Shown: positions 25,941 to 38,689, counted from the first letter of the stretch. The stretch is DNA of 64,000 nt from Octopus sinensis (GCF_006345805.1 NC_043009.1:18538001-18602000); one strand, 5' to 3'. Numbers and translations are program-made. The notes: generated from the letters alone by a model not told the origin.

Positions 25941-26081
25941 ATAATAATGACATCGAAAAATAATGAGAACCCGGGTTCGAAATTTCTCAAAGACACCTGA
26001 TGAAGGCTGGAGGGTATATCAGCCGAAACGTTGTGTAAACAACATATAAGATGAGGACAAATATCCGTCAAATGTAAATAA
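25578..26081 (+). mobile_element. tRNA-headed SINE-like element with hammerhead tail and an inverted, internally deleted partner copy
   Basis: Head 25743-25815 (A box TGGCGTAGTGG, B box GAGTTCGATTCC); (AAT)n(AGT)n; HHR 25992-26036; inverted copy 25578-25740. Confidence 0.8.
25992..26036 (+). ncRNA. Minimal hammerhead ribozyme (family C)
   Basis: Stem I ACAC/GUGU; core CUGAUGA 25997-26003 plus an extra A; stem II GGCUG/CAGCC; GAAAC; palindromic AACGUU stem III with triplet GUU. The inverted copy at 25666-25711 has a CUGGUGA core. Confidence 0.8.
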
Positions 26082-26609
26082 TTATATTATCCGAAGTGTA
26101 TAGTATTATATAGCCATCACGGCCGATCTTACCAATCCGTTTCATGCTAGGGGTACAACGGAGTGTTAGGTAACAATCCAATTATACAGCCCTACGCTCA
26201 TCAAAAGTGGCCAATTTAGAATGAGATATTGCGACTGCTCTCGATTGTTGGAGGTGAGTGGAAACATCCGGTTTGCAGTTAATGTGAAAAGACTATGAAA
26301 CAAACGCTCCAACACGGCGGACACCTACCAAATAGACTGTTTTTCCATCCACCCATCCCAGTATAAACACATTGTACCCCTACACACCGCATGTACACAT
26401 AAAGCTCACACGACCTTAACCAATACAGAAAGAAAACACACACATACACACACACATGTATATATATATATATCTTTATACACACGTACGCATATATGCA
26501 TATACATACACATACATACATACAAACATACATACATACATACATACATACATACATACATACATACATAATACATACATACATATATATATATATAATA
26601 TATATATAT

Positions 26610-26691
<82 letters not shown>

Positions 26692-26885
26692 TATGAGTGT
26701 ATTTTTACCTTGTTAACAATTAACACGGATAAATGAATGAATAGTTACCAGGGCAGCAAAAATCTCACAAGTAAAGTTGTTGTAACTCCTTGTTTATAAA
26801 GGTAGAAACTTCGTGTTTACGTTGAATATTTTGAATAATATGAATAAATAAATGGAGTTTAACGCAGGTGTAATCAAATATTTTT

Positions 26886-26971
26886 ACTTTCGACACATGT
26901 TTCGAAAATTCCACTGATACTATTCAAAAGAATAAATGGTATAAACAATGCAATCTTCTCTTCAGGAAAGT
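26886..26971 (-). ncRNA. Hammerhead ribozyme with long stem II (family D)
   Basis: Stem I ACUUUC/GAAAGU; core CUGAAGA; stem II GAAGAUU/AAUUUUC around a long loop; GAAAC-AUGU-GUC. Confidence 0.8.
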
Positions 26972-27110
26972 GAAAAAACGAAACCCGTCAATAAGACATT
27001 TTAGCAAAAAATGATGGATTTGTCTAGCGATTGACAGAACGCTATTAATATTGTTTAAAAAAACGTTATATGATATAACGTCATAAGTAGCTAACAGAAA
27101 GAGTAGGGAT

Positions 27111-27629
27111 ATCTATATATATAAAACTGTAGTTGTGTGAGTGTCTGTCTCCTACGATTTAGATTCCTAACTCCTCCCACATTTTGCGGTGCAGTTTAAC
27201 CAAATTCGGGTATCTTATAGTCGTGAGTAATATCGAGCCCGTCTGGCTATTAGCGCGCGTCTACGATGAGTCTACGATTTTAAAAATAATTTAACATAAT
27301 TTTTTATTCCATTTTAATGCATAATTTTTCGGGTGTCGATGGCGGCGAAGTTGGCGTCCACGCTCAAACACCTGCACCTGTGTTTGCTTCTCCCCCTTCT
27401 TCCCTCCCTCGTGAAGCTGTGGGGAAGGGAGTTTAAGGAAATCAACGTCGTAATGCGTTGTCAAGGAGACCAGCGTTCTTTTAGAACAACGACTTCATGG
27501 CTTGAAGACGCCAAAACAGAAATGGCTAAGAAAGCCCGAATTGGCATCTATAACGGAAGTAACTCTCTAAAAATGCTTATATAGTTATTTCCCTTACAAA
27601 CCCGAGCAACGCCGGGCGATACTGCTAGT
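27111..27629 (-). mobile_element. Helentron-like non-autonomous element nested in the PLE
   Basis: Ends in CCCGAGCAACGCCGGGCGATACTGCTAGT, the reverse complement of the 5' terminus at 3054. Confidence 0.6.
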
Positions 27630-28777
27630 TAATAGTGAATGTTAAATATAAAGGAAATTAAAGTTTAAATTATATATAATGATAGAGACTACTTATATGC
27701 ACTAAAAGTATGTTTTTGCCAATGCTTACATCTGTATGCTCGCTCTATAACCGTGTTTACTAGAGTATTTTTAGAAACAATAATGAAAAATAGCTCAGAA
27801 TTGCAGAGAAGACAGAATTTCTTGCCTTTGTCATATGGTATCGAAATTGAGAGAATCAACCATTCTAAATGAAATTGTTCATTGTGGTCTTTTAAATCCC
27901 AAATCAGTTTGCTGAGACCGGTACTATTCCGTTTATTTCTATCCCTAAATGGATAGAAATTCTTTTAGATAACTCTAACGATGTGCTTCCAATGTAAAAT
28001 CGTACTTTATTACGAGTACTGATTATACACTGGTATATAGAATTTTTAATCTTAGAGTTACTTGACATAAACTTAATTCTATTGGAATTGACTTCAGATA
28101 CAATAACCTTGTTATTAATATTTCTAGAGGGTTGGATGGTATTAGCTAAATTAATGTTAGTATTAGTAAATGTATTAATATTTAACAGTTTGTTATTATG
28201 AGAAGAGATAATTTGCAAGAAATTTTTTGTGTTTGAAAAACCTATCCTAACCTTATGTGAATTGATAATAGGGTAATATCTAGAATTATTTGGAAAATTC
28301 CTAGCAATAGCTTGACGAAACAGCAGTGGGAGATTAGATTTAATTTGTCTCCCGTAAGGAATTATTAACCAAATATTTTTACTAGTATTCATAGCGTAAT
28401 TACTTTTGAAGGTGTTATATTTACTTTTAGATCGATAATAGGGGATTAAATAAGGGTTATCTGCCTTCATTCGCTTTGTATCGGTGCGTAAGTTATGTTT
28501 GTTACCAATAATTCTTTTACGACTAGAAATCTTATCTACATTATTGAATTTACAATTAGACTGAGCAGAATCAATGTAGAAAATTTTCTCTGTATATAAA
28601 CCTGCATTGATTAAGGCAGAGTTATAGAATTCAGCGTTATTATTGAAAATATCAACATTAGCAGATAATTTATGAATACTAGTAAAAATATTTATTCTTT
28701 TGAATAGTATCAGTGGAATTTTCGAAACATGTGTCGAAAGTAAAAATATTTGATTACACCTGCGTGTAATTTATTTA

Positions 28778-28864
<87 letters not shown>

Positions 28865-28904
28865 ATTAGAGATAAAACCACTATTAGGCAAATCAAACAA
28901 TGAA

Positions 28905-29215
28905 AAATATATAGCCCCGAGCCGACCAATGCCTTGTGAGTGGATTTGGTAGACGGAAACTGAAAGAAGCCTGTCGTATATATGTATATATATATAAGTG
29001 TGTGTGTATATGTTTGTGTGTCTGTGTTTGTCCCCCTAGCATTGCTAGTGTGTTTACGTCCCCGTCACTTAGCGGTTCGGCAAAAGAGACCGATAGAATA
29101 AGTACTGGGCTTACAAAGAATAAGTCCCGGGGTCGATTTGCTCGACTAAAGGCGGTGCTCCAGCATGGCCGCAGTCAAATGACTGAAACGAGTAAAAGAG
29201 TAAAAGAGAAAGAGA
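28905..29215 (+). mobile_element. 5'-truncated tRNA-derived SINE (same family as 32979-33345)
   Basis: GCCTTGTGAGTGGATTTGGTAGACGGAAACTGAAAGAAGCC...GGCGGTGCTCCAGCATGGCCGCAGTC. Confidence 0.8.
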
Positions 29216-29235
29216 GTAATATATATTATATATAT

Positions 29236-29275
<40 letters not shown>

Positions 29276-30568
29276 CGAGGGGCGTTCAATAAGTAATGCC
29301 TCTGACCCACTTGCAGTAGTTTGATCTAGCTGAAATTTTGCATGTGCAATTACCTATATCTCTATAGATTAAGTGGCAAATCACAGCTCTGAACTAATTG
29401 TGGTTTCTGATTTACAGGTGTTTGAACTGAGTCAAGTGTGAAACGGAGCCTGTTGAGTATCGAGCAGTGATGCGTTTTTTGTATTTGAAAGGACGCACAC
29501 CACGGGAGACTTTTGATGAAATAAAAGTAACTTATGGTGATGATGCTCCATCATATGACCTTGTAAAACGCTGGCATCGTGAATTCAAACATGGTCGGAA
29601 CTTTGTGGAAACAGCTCCCAGATCTGGTCGCCCCCTTCTGCCATTGATGAGGCATCTGTCCGTCAAGTTGAGGTTGCCATTTTGGAAGATCGACGCATAA
29701 CTATTCGCCAAATAGCCCATGAGGTCAAGATTAGTACCGGGTCTGTGGAAACTATCATTCATGACCATTTGCATATGCAAAAGGTGTCTGCCAGATGGAT
29801 TCCCAGGCTGCTCACACCTTTCCAGAAGCAAGAACGCGTCGATAGCGCGAGGATGAATTTGAAGATGTGCCAAGAAGATGAGTCAAAATTTTTCAAAAGA
29901 CTGATTACACAGGATGAAACCTGGGTCCATCACTATGATCCAGAGACCAAAGCCCAGTCAATGCAGTGGAAGCACCGTGACTCACCTCCTCCAAAGAAGG
30001 CAAGGGTGCAGCCCTCCGCTGGCAAGGTCATGCTCACAGTCTTCTGGGACCAGGACGGAGTAGTGATGACAGATTTCTTGGCAAAGGGTGCCACAATTAC
30101 AGGAGTCTATTATGCTTCACTTTTGAGGAAATTAAGAGAAGCTATCAAAATCAAGAGGCGGAACAAGATCAGCAAAGGCATCCTCCTCCTGCAGGACAAC
30201 ATTCCGATCCACAACTCGCGTGTCGCCAGATCAGAAGCACAGGCGTGCGGCTATGAACTCATCCCCCATCTGACCTGCACCCTCTGATTTTCACCTCTTC
30301 CCAGTCATGAAGTTGTTTTTGAAAGGAAAGCGTTTCCCAGATGATGCAGCCTTGATTTCTGAAGTCACGTCGTAGTTGGAGGACCAAGCTGGGGTCTTCT
30401 ACAAAAACGGTCTTCAGAGCTGCATCAAACGATGGGAGAAATGCGTAACTCTGGGTGGTTCCTATGTAGAAAATATATGCTATTACGTATATTTATAACT
30501 GTGCCAAGTTTCGTTGCTCTACTGCTATGGGAAGTGGGTCAGGGGCATTACTTATTGAACGCCCCTCT
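29276..30568 (+). mobile_element. Full-length mariner (1293 bp), transposase disrupted
   Basis: TIRs CGAGGGGCGTTCAATAAGTAATGCC(T/C)CTGACCCA with TA flanks. Start codon reads ACG at 29443. WIPRLL, ITQDETW, LQDN and APSDFHLF motifs; frameshifts near 29636 and 30270 and an internal stop. Confidence 0.95.
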
Positions 30569-30634
<66 letters not shown>

Positions 30635-31271
30635 TATATATACATATATATGTACATATATATATATATAGGTATGTATGTGTTTATGTGTTTATATGCA
30701 TATGTGTACGTGTATATGTGTATGTCTATATATATGTGTGTGTGGGTGTGTGTTTATGTGTGTATATGCATACATATATGTATGTGTGTGTATATGTATG
30801 TGTATATGTATGAATATGCATATATATGTATTTACTTCTATGAATACGCGAGTGTATTAACACGTGTGTGTGTGTGTGTCAGACTTTGCACAGATGTCTG
30901 TATCTTGCTTTACGTACAAATATATGCGCATATTTATATATGCTATTACGTATATTTATGTATATATATATATATACGTGTGTACCTGCGCATATGAGTT
31001 CCTATACATACATATGTATATATTCGTCCATACGAGTGCATATGCGTGTGTATCTAGTTGTATTTAAATACCCTTATACTTGGATGTGCGTGTGTAAATG
31101 CGAATGTATATGTGCGTATATATATGTATGTGTGTTTATGTGAGTATATGCATATATGTGTACGTGTATATGTGTATGTCTATATATATATGTGTGTGTG
31201 TGTGCGTATGTGTGTGTGCATGTGTGTATATGTACATATACACGTACACATATATGCATATACACACATAA

Positions 31272-31322
<51 letters not shown>

Positions 31323-31577
31323 ACGCACATATACATACGCATTCACACACGCACATCTAAGTATTTATCTTCTTTTCAACTTCTTCCTTTTCTTTCTCTT
31401 AACAGTTACAACACCGAAGGTTCATTACGTCATTTTCTCTAAACTGGAATCTATACTTTTCACGTTCATTTTTGAAATTCTTCCGTTTCGATAATTTTTC
31501 TGTTTTTACTCATTCTCGAATTTGATGAACCTATAGTGGTACCTAAACCAACTCAGGAAGTCTCTAAACTTTTTATT

Positions 31578-31627
31578 GATGTAGCCGAAGAGACCCAGAG
31601 CTGGTCGAAACACGTGTTGTACCCATC
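31578..31627 (+). ncRNA. Hammerhead-like motif, U4C core variant (family E)
   Basis: Core CCGAAGA 31585-31591; stem II GACC/GGUC; GAAAC; palindromic ACACGUGU stem III; H17=U; weakened stem I (GUA/UAC plus GAUG/CAUC). Confidence 0.6.
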
Positions 31628-31696
31628 TTTTATAATTAATACTATATACACACATATATATACATATATATACATATATACACATATATATACATA

Positions 31697-32085
31697 TACT
31701 AGCAGTATCGCCCGGCGTTGCTCGGGTTTGTTTCGACCCGCTGGAATTGGAATTTTTGAAAAGTAAAAATTTTGCATTATGTAGCTTGTTATTCTCTTCA
31801 AGTGAACATTTTTCTTGTTGAAATACACCGAAAAGTGGCGACACAGCAGTGAAAAAATCGTAAAAAATAGGAATTTTCATAGAAAAAAGCACCTTTTTGA
31901 TGTAAATAATTTTTGGTGTTAACATGGTCGGATTTGAATTTTATCTTGTACGGAAGGAAGAGCAACCCTTCTATCATACTCTCAATTTTGGTCAACTTGC
32001 GCCGCAGGGTCTCGGAGGAGGTAGTGTTAGTTGAAGGCTACCAAACCTGGCGCACACAGACAACTTCAGCTTTATATAGAGAGAT
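31697..32085 (+). mobile_element. Helentron-like non-autonomous element
   Basis: Same 5' 30 bp and similar 3' end (GCTTTATATAGAGAGAT) as 3054-3439, but a different interior. Confidence 0.6.
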
Positions 32086-32928
32086 AACACACACACATTA
32101 ATACACATACATACACACACACATGTATGTATGTATGTATGTATATATGTACATCTGTCCACTTCTTGCCATATTTTTATCCTTCACTTCCTACACACAC
32201 ACACACACACTCACACACACACACAGACACACACACACACCGACACATACACACACACACACCTTCTTAGCTGACAATTTCTTTCTTTCAACAATTGACA
32301 ACTGAAGTACGCTCGCAAATTAATACTACGAAAATTTAGCGACACTTGCAAAGAGAAAGTAGGAGAAAGTGTGGTAATCGAAGGAGTAAAGCATTTGAAA
32401 TGATAGAGGGAAATCGTAAAATATTGAGTTTTCTCGAATTTTTGCTTAATTGAGGGTCAAATTGAAAGAAATTTATATGCCATGACCCAATGGAATGTAC
32501 TTCGAAAAATCATAGGTAAATTCCAATTGAAGAAATTGTGTGAGGAGTAAATCGTTATGTATTTATTTGTTTTTGTTTCCTGTGTATTTTTTTTTTGAGT
32601 AGTGGTTTAAGGTACACTTGCAAAGAGAAAGTAGGAGAAAGTGTGGTAATAGAAGGAGTGAAGCAGTTGATATGAGAGAGGCAAATAGTAAAATATTTAG
32701 TTTTCTAGAATTTTTGCTTGATTGGGGGTCAAATTGAAAAAAATTTATATGCTATGACCCAATCGAATCTACTTCGAAAAATCATAGGTAAATTCCAATT
32801 GAAGAAATTCTATATTGTACAATTGTATTAAAAAAGAAACATAATCACAGGCAGAGAAAATCTGCCTTTTATCATAAGAGATATACATATATATATACAT
32901 ACATATATATATATATATCATACATACA

Positions 32929-32962
<34 letters not shown>

Positions 32963-32978
32963 CATACATACATACATG

Positions 32979-33345
32979 AGTGGCTGTGTGGTAAGTAGCT
33001 TGTTTACCAACCACATGGTTCCGGGTTCAGTCCCACTGCGTGGCACCTTGAGCAAGTGTCTTCTACTAAAGCCTCGGGCCGACCAAAGCCTTGTGAGGGG
33101 ATTTGGTAGACGGAAACTGAAAGAAGCCCGTCGTATATATGTATGTTTGTGTGTCTGTGTTTGTCCCATCCAACATCTCTTGACAACCGATGCTGGTGTG
33201 TTTATGTCCCCGTCACTTAGCGGTTCGGCAAAAGAGACCGATAGAATAAGTACTAGGCTTACAAAGAATAAGTCCCGGGGTCGAGTTGCTCAATTAAAGG
33301 CGGTGCTCCAGCATGGCCGCAGTCAAATGACTGAAACAGGTAAGA
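32979..33345 (+). mobile_element. Full-length tRNA-derived SINE
   Basis: GTGGCTGTGTGGTAAGTAGC (A-box-like) and GGTTCAGTCCC (B-box-like); body shared with copies near 28.9k, 37.5k, 39.0k, 59.7k, 60.0k and 61.3k. Confidence 0.85.
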
Positions 33346-33790
33346 GAGAGAGAGAAAGCGATACATACATACATACATACATACACACATATATAGAAGG
33401 AAAGAGGAGGGAGGAGGGAGAAGAGGAAAGGTAAGAGTGAGGAGGGGGAGATGAGGGGGGATGGGGAGAGGGGGAGAAGGAACAAGGAGGGGGAGGGGGA
33501 GAAGGAAAAAAGGAGGGGGAGGGGGAGAAGGAAAGAGGACAAGGGAGAGAAGAGGGGAGGATGAGGGGGAAGGGGGAGGGGAGAAGGAAGGAGAGGAGAA
33601 GAGGAGGAGGAGGGGAAAGGAGGGGAGAGGAGGGGGGATAGGGGAAGAGAGAAGAGGAGGGAGGGAGCAGAGAAAAAGAGAGAAGGGGAAGAAGAAAGAG
33701 GAAAGAAGAGGAGGGAAGAAGGGAAGAGGAGGGAAAGAGAGTAGGGGTGAAAAGATGAAGGACCGAAGAGAAGCAGGAGTCGGGGGGAGG

Positions 33791-35150
33791 TTAGATGAGG
33801 AGGTGGGGAGAGTTGAGACCAAATGGCGTAAAAGAGCGAAGAGAGAAGATTAATCCCTGTTCACGGCGCAAACGGAAATCCGGATGGCCTCTGTGCAAGG
33901 ACAAACCGAACACAGACAAGTGTTGCAAGGAGTGACCGGTGGTGCGGAAATGGCGTGAGACCGGTGTGTCATTGGCAAGGCGGACGTCACGGAAATGTTC
34001 CGCGAACCGGTCAGCCAAGCGGCGTCCCGTTCGTCCGATGTACAGGGAATGGCAGAGAGAGCAAGAGATGCAATAGATGATATTGCTGGAGGTGCAGGTG
34101 AAGGAGTTGATGATGCGATAGGGTCGATGATGGGTGCCAGTGAGGAGGGTGGTGCTGGAGAGGTAAGGGCAAGTGTGGCAACGTGGGCGGGAGCTGGGGA
34201 ACGAGCCAGGTTGGGAGGTAGGGTCAGGGAAGGAGCTGTGGACCAAAAGGTCTCGTAGGTTATGGGCTCGTTTGAAGGAGGGGAGGGTCGGTTAGGGAAG
34301 AGGTGTGAAGTGGACGGGTCGGACTGGAGATGCCGGAAAGCTCGAAGAATGGTGCGTTGGAGAGGTAGGGTCGTGGGGTGGTAAGTGAGGGGAAAAGGGA
34401 GGCGGGAGACTACAGGGCGGGTTCGGGGGGAGAGAGCAGATGCACGGTCTACGGAAGGGCGGTGTGGATAGTGGTGAGGGGGTATCCACGTAGGATGAAG
34501 TGGCGAGCCATGCGTTGAGACTGAGTCTCAAAGTCATGGTCGTCACTACAGAGCCTGCGTAGACGGAGGAATTGGGAATAGGGGATGGAAAGCTTGGTGT
34601 GTTTTGGGTGGGAGGAAGAGAAGTTTAGGTATGAGTGTGAGTCTGTGTGTTTGTAGTGAATGGTAAGAGTGGAGTGATGAATGCTGACCGAAATGTCGAG
34701 GAAGGAGTCAGAGGTGTTGGAGATAGTGGAGGGCAGGATGGAAGGATTGAACGAAAGAGAGGAAGGAATCTAGATGTTCACGGGAGAGTTAGGTGGCAGC
34801 GATAATGTCGTCAATGTAACGACCGTATAGTTCGGGAGTGGGACCAGTGAAATTAGAGAATATTTGGGCCTCATCATAGCCAACGAACAGGTTCGCATAG
34901 TTGGGGCCCATTCGCGTTCCCATGGCCATCTGTTGGTAGAACTCGCCCGCGAACGAGAAGCAGTTAAGAGAAAGGACAAGTTCGGCCAGACGAATGAGTG
35001 TGGAGGTGTCGGGTTCGAGGTTGGGGCGGAGGTCGAGAAAGTGTTGAAGTGCCCGCAGTCCTTCGTGGTGAGGGATGACGGTATAGAGGCTCTGGATGTC
35101 CATTGTAAAAAGTATTTTGGAGAAGCCGGGAGGAAAGGAGAAAGAGTTGA
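33791..35150 (-). pseudogene. Penelope-like element RT + GIY-YIG endonuclease (Neptune-like), 5'-truncated and frameshifted
   Basis: RT motifs TMDIQSLYTVIPH, AMGTRMGPNYANLF and RYIDD; endonuclease RCHTCP...NIIYCISCSLCHSLYIGRTGRRLADRFAEH...VSRHF...H...GLN. Confidence 0.9.
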
Positions 35151-35759
35151 ACAGATATATATATATATATATTATACATATACGCTCACACACAGTTCGT
35201 TTTCGGCCTACGACCGATCGACTTTACGACGATTGGCACGCCAGCTCCCGGCATCAGTAATAAACAGTCCATTTAAAATCTAATGGGTTTAATATCTTAG
35301 AAATTAACCCGTCTACGGATGACGTCAGCTAACAAATGCTTCCCCAAGGTTTGGTTATCGATCGCCACTGTGTTTATCGCAAGCGTTGGATGACTATCCT
35401 GTCGCGGAGACATCGAGGTAATCTCGTATTCGTTTAGAAGACAACTGCTTAAGACTCCGAAAGTTTTCACTAACGCCAGTATAATAGTATAATGGTGTGT
35501 GTGACTTTTACCTGAGAATGTACCTTAATGTAAAAATATAAAGCAAAGCCATGTAGGCCTATAGGCCGACTTAAGACCAATTCGACGAGAACCTGTATAT
35601 TGGAAATAGTGGCAAAACAAGGTACCAGTTTTTCGTATTTATAATTCTACTTTTACGGTGCTTTATTTCGCTGGAAAATAATACTATTGTATTGAAAGTA
35701 ATACTACTGTATTGTAATAATATTTATTATATATATATATATATATATACATACACACA

Positions 35760-35973
35760 CAGAGTTACCCAAAAGTAGGTCTACAGTTATTCAATTATCT
35801 CTTTCGCATTTATATATTAACAGTTTAAATCTTAATTATGAAAAAGAATATGAAACCATTATTCTATGCTAATTTAGTTAATTGTAAGATAGAAATTTAA
35901 ATGAAATAAAATGTTTTAAAAGAAATTTGAAATGCCTACGTGATAACTGTAAACCTGCTTTTGGGCCACCCTG
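35760..35973. mobile_element. Tc1/mariner-type MITE
   Basis: Imperfect 31-bp TIRs CAGAGTTACCCAAAAGTAGGTCTACAGTTAT / ATAACTGTAAACCTGCTTTTGGGCCACCCTG followed by TA. Confidence 0.7.
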
Positions 35974-36601
35974 TATATGAATGTATATGTATGTATGTTT
36001 GTGTGTATAATACATGCACATAAACACACAGACACACACACACACACACACACGCACACACATATATATATATACATATAAATACATACACATAAACACA
36101 CATACGTACATATATCGATGAAAAACCATGCTGGTCAATTTTTTTGAATAGGGGTTTACGTCGTAGTGAGTTTGTAGACTCGAAAAATGTAGGGTTTCGA
36201 CATATTGTGGATTGCACGCCTAACGTTTATATCTGGGTGGGTGGGTGTGGTAACGAAGCAGACATAATCCATTCGGCAGAGAGGAGGCAGAAACACTTCA
36301 GGTCATAGCGACATTATATAAGGGCCGGGCCCCCTACCCTCAGTCTGGAATCTAGGTTAATGTTTAAACAACGAATTGGGTAACTTTTACAGTTATACGA
36401 ATATAACATAAGCATACATTCATACTAATACAAACACACACTTTGTGTATGCATGTAGGCATATCTATAATGTATCGTGCACAACTATGTATGTGTTTGT
36501 GTTGGCTTTGAGGTGGGAACGAATGGGCTTTCTTCTGTATGCGAGTATGACTAGCAGCAAGTTGTTCTTGTTAAACCTGTGTACCATTTCTGCTGTCTTA
36601 C

Positions 36602-36634
<33 letters not shown>

Positions 36635-36743
36635 TGTGTGTGTGTTTTACAAAGTGTTTAACATAAAAGTCAGTCGATATATTTGTCAGTAGTAGTACAG
36701 CAGATACTGTGAAACCCATATACAAATGCTCTGACGTACATAC

Positions 36744-36880
<137 letters not shown>

Positions 36881-37336
36881 ATATATATATATATATGAAC
36901 AGCACGTACACATATACATATATGTGTGCGTGCAAGCACACACGCACACCTACACATACCTACACAGATACATTATACACGTACGTCTGCACGAATACGA
37001 AGTCTCTGCATATATCAAGACATGCATTCATATTCACTGCAAAAAATGCTTCGAAGCACACGCGAACGTCCACTCATTCACGTATATCAATCTAGAAGCA
37101 CACACATTTCGTGTGTATCTGTGTATGTTCGTGTATGTGTCTACATGTTTATGCATGTAGACACATGCGTGTGAGTGGGTCCCACGTTTTCACATGTTCC
37201 AGTTTTGTGTTTCTTATTATGCGTACTCACGAGGATGTGTAATCGTGTAAGTTGATGTATTTGGTTACGAAACTGTTATTTTAATTTGTCAGCGTACATA
37301 CGTGTGTGATTACGTTAATTTCCACACACGCACGCA

Positions 37337-37368
<32 letters not shown>

Positions 37369-37674
37369 CACACACACACGAAAACGTATGTGTGGGGTGC
37401 GAAGGTTGTGTGGAGGTGCGAAGACTGTGTGTGTGTGCGTGTGTGGATACTTTTTTTTTTGCTTGTTTCAGTCATTTGACTGCGGTCATGTTGGAGCAAC
37501 GCCTTTAGCCGAAGAAGTCAACCCCAGGACTTATTCTTTGTAAGCCTAGTACTCATTCTATCAGTCTTTTTTTGTCGAGCCACTAAGTTACGGGGACATA
37601 AACACATCTATATCGGCTGTCAAGCGATGCTGGGAGGGCAAACACAGACACACCAATACACACATAAATACATA

Positions 37675-37705
<31 letters not shown>

Positions 37706-38150
37706 GTTTAGCGTCCATCTTCCATGCATGGGTAGGACGGTTGACAGGAGCCGGCCATGTAGAAAATTTACCCAAGGCTACTGTGTCTGTTTTGGCAGTG
37801 ATTTTACGACTGGATGCCCTTCCTAACACCCAAAACTCCGTAGAGTGGACTCAGTGCTTTTTACATGACTTTACCACAGGCAAAGTTAGTTTCGACAAGA
37901 TTTTTACAGCTGGATTTCCTTACGGATGCCAACCATGTTACAGTATCGACTGGATGCTTTTAACGTAGTACCAGCACTGGCAGGATAACCACGTAACTCA
38001 CAAGACAAGGAATTCTGAGAGGGGCAGGGCATTTGTGTCAGAGGATGAAAGTTAGAGTGTGACAAAGAGACAGAGAAACAGAAGCAGGTGTCTTGCCAGA
38101 ACAGAGGGAGCATTGGAGGAGGAGGTGACCCAGTATCAAATGATGAAAGA
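37675..38150 (-). mobile_element. RTE-associated SINE/LINE 3' end with (ATG)n tail
   Basis: (CAT)n followed by CGTTTAGCGTCC and GGATGCCCTTCCTAAC motifs, recalled as typical of RTE-related repeats. Confidence 0.45.
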
Positions 38151-38225
38151 TTAGAGTGTAACAGAGAAATAGGGGCAGAAATAGGTGTCTTGCTATAGAG
38201 GAGGTACATGGTTATCCAATGAGAA

Positions 38226-38259
<34 letters not shown>

Positions 38260-38689
38260 GGGGGAATACAGAAAGAGGCCAGGAACATGTATGCTGATGT
38301 AAGGGTGATATTTGGTTACCTAGTCAGAGGAAAAACAAAAGAAGGAGAGAGAGATCAAAGGAAAAGAGAGAGAGAGAGAGAGTAGGAAACAACAAAAGTG
38401 TAAGAGAGAGCAGAAGAGAGATGGTGTTGTGCTAGGGTACACCCACAAGTAACAAGAATATGAGTGTAGAACCTGGTTAGAAAAATAGGCAGTGAAGGGT
38501 TGGGGAGTAATGATACAGTAAGCACACCAGGGAGGGCAAGAAAAGGGATTGGAAAACAATCATAATGTATGAGGAGGAAATGTGAGAAAGAGAAAGATGC
38601 AATTAGAAGATGAGTTGTAGTTTGATTTCATAGGGTAGAGTGGGTGAAAAGTGTGTTGTTACATATGGGTGGGACACAACTTTTCTAGC

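Larger units (their letters stand above)
26720..28780 (-). mobile_element. 5'-truncated Penelope-like element (linker + GIY-YIG + pLTR) with inverted 5' partial pLTR
   Basis: SANVDIFNNNAEFYNSALINAG; NIWLIIPY...IISSHNNKLL; IYQC...FYIGST; LSKLIWDLK...FCLLC. 26850-26938 is inverted at about 28690-28780. Confidence 0.85.

Noticed and set aside
32342-32810. Diverged 272-bp direct duplication
   Set aside because: Real, but no HHR, ORF or termini were recognised; treated as an ordinary old tandem duplication.
33259-33853. Long P/S/L-rich and G/R/E/K-rich ORFs
   Set aside because: Products of a polypurine low-complexity tract.
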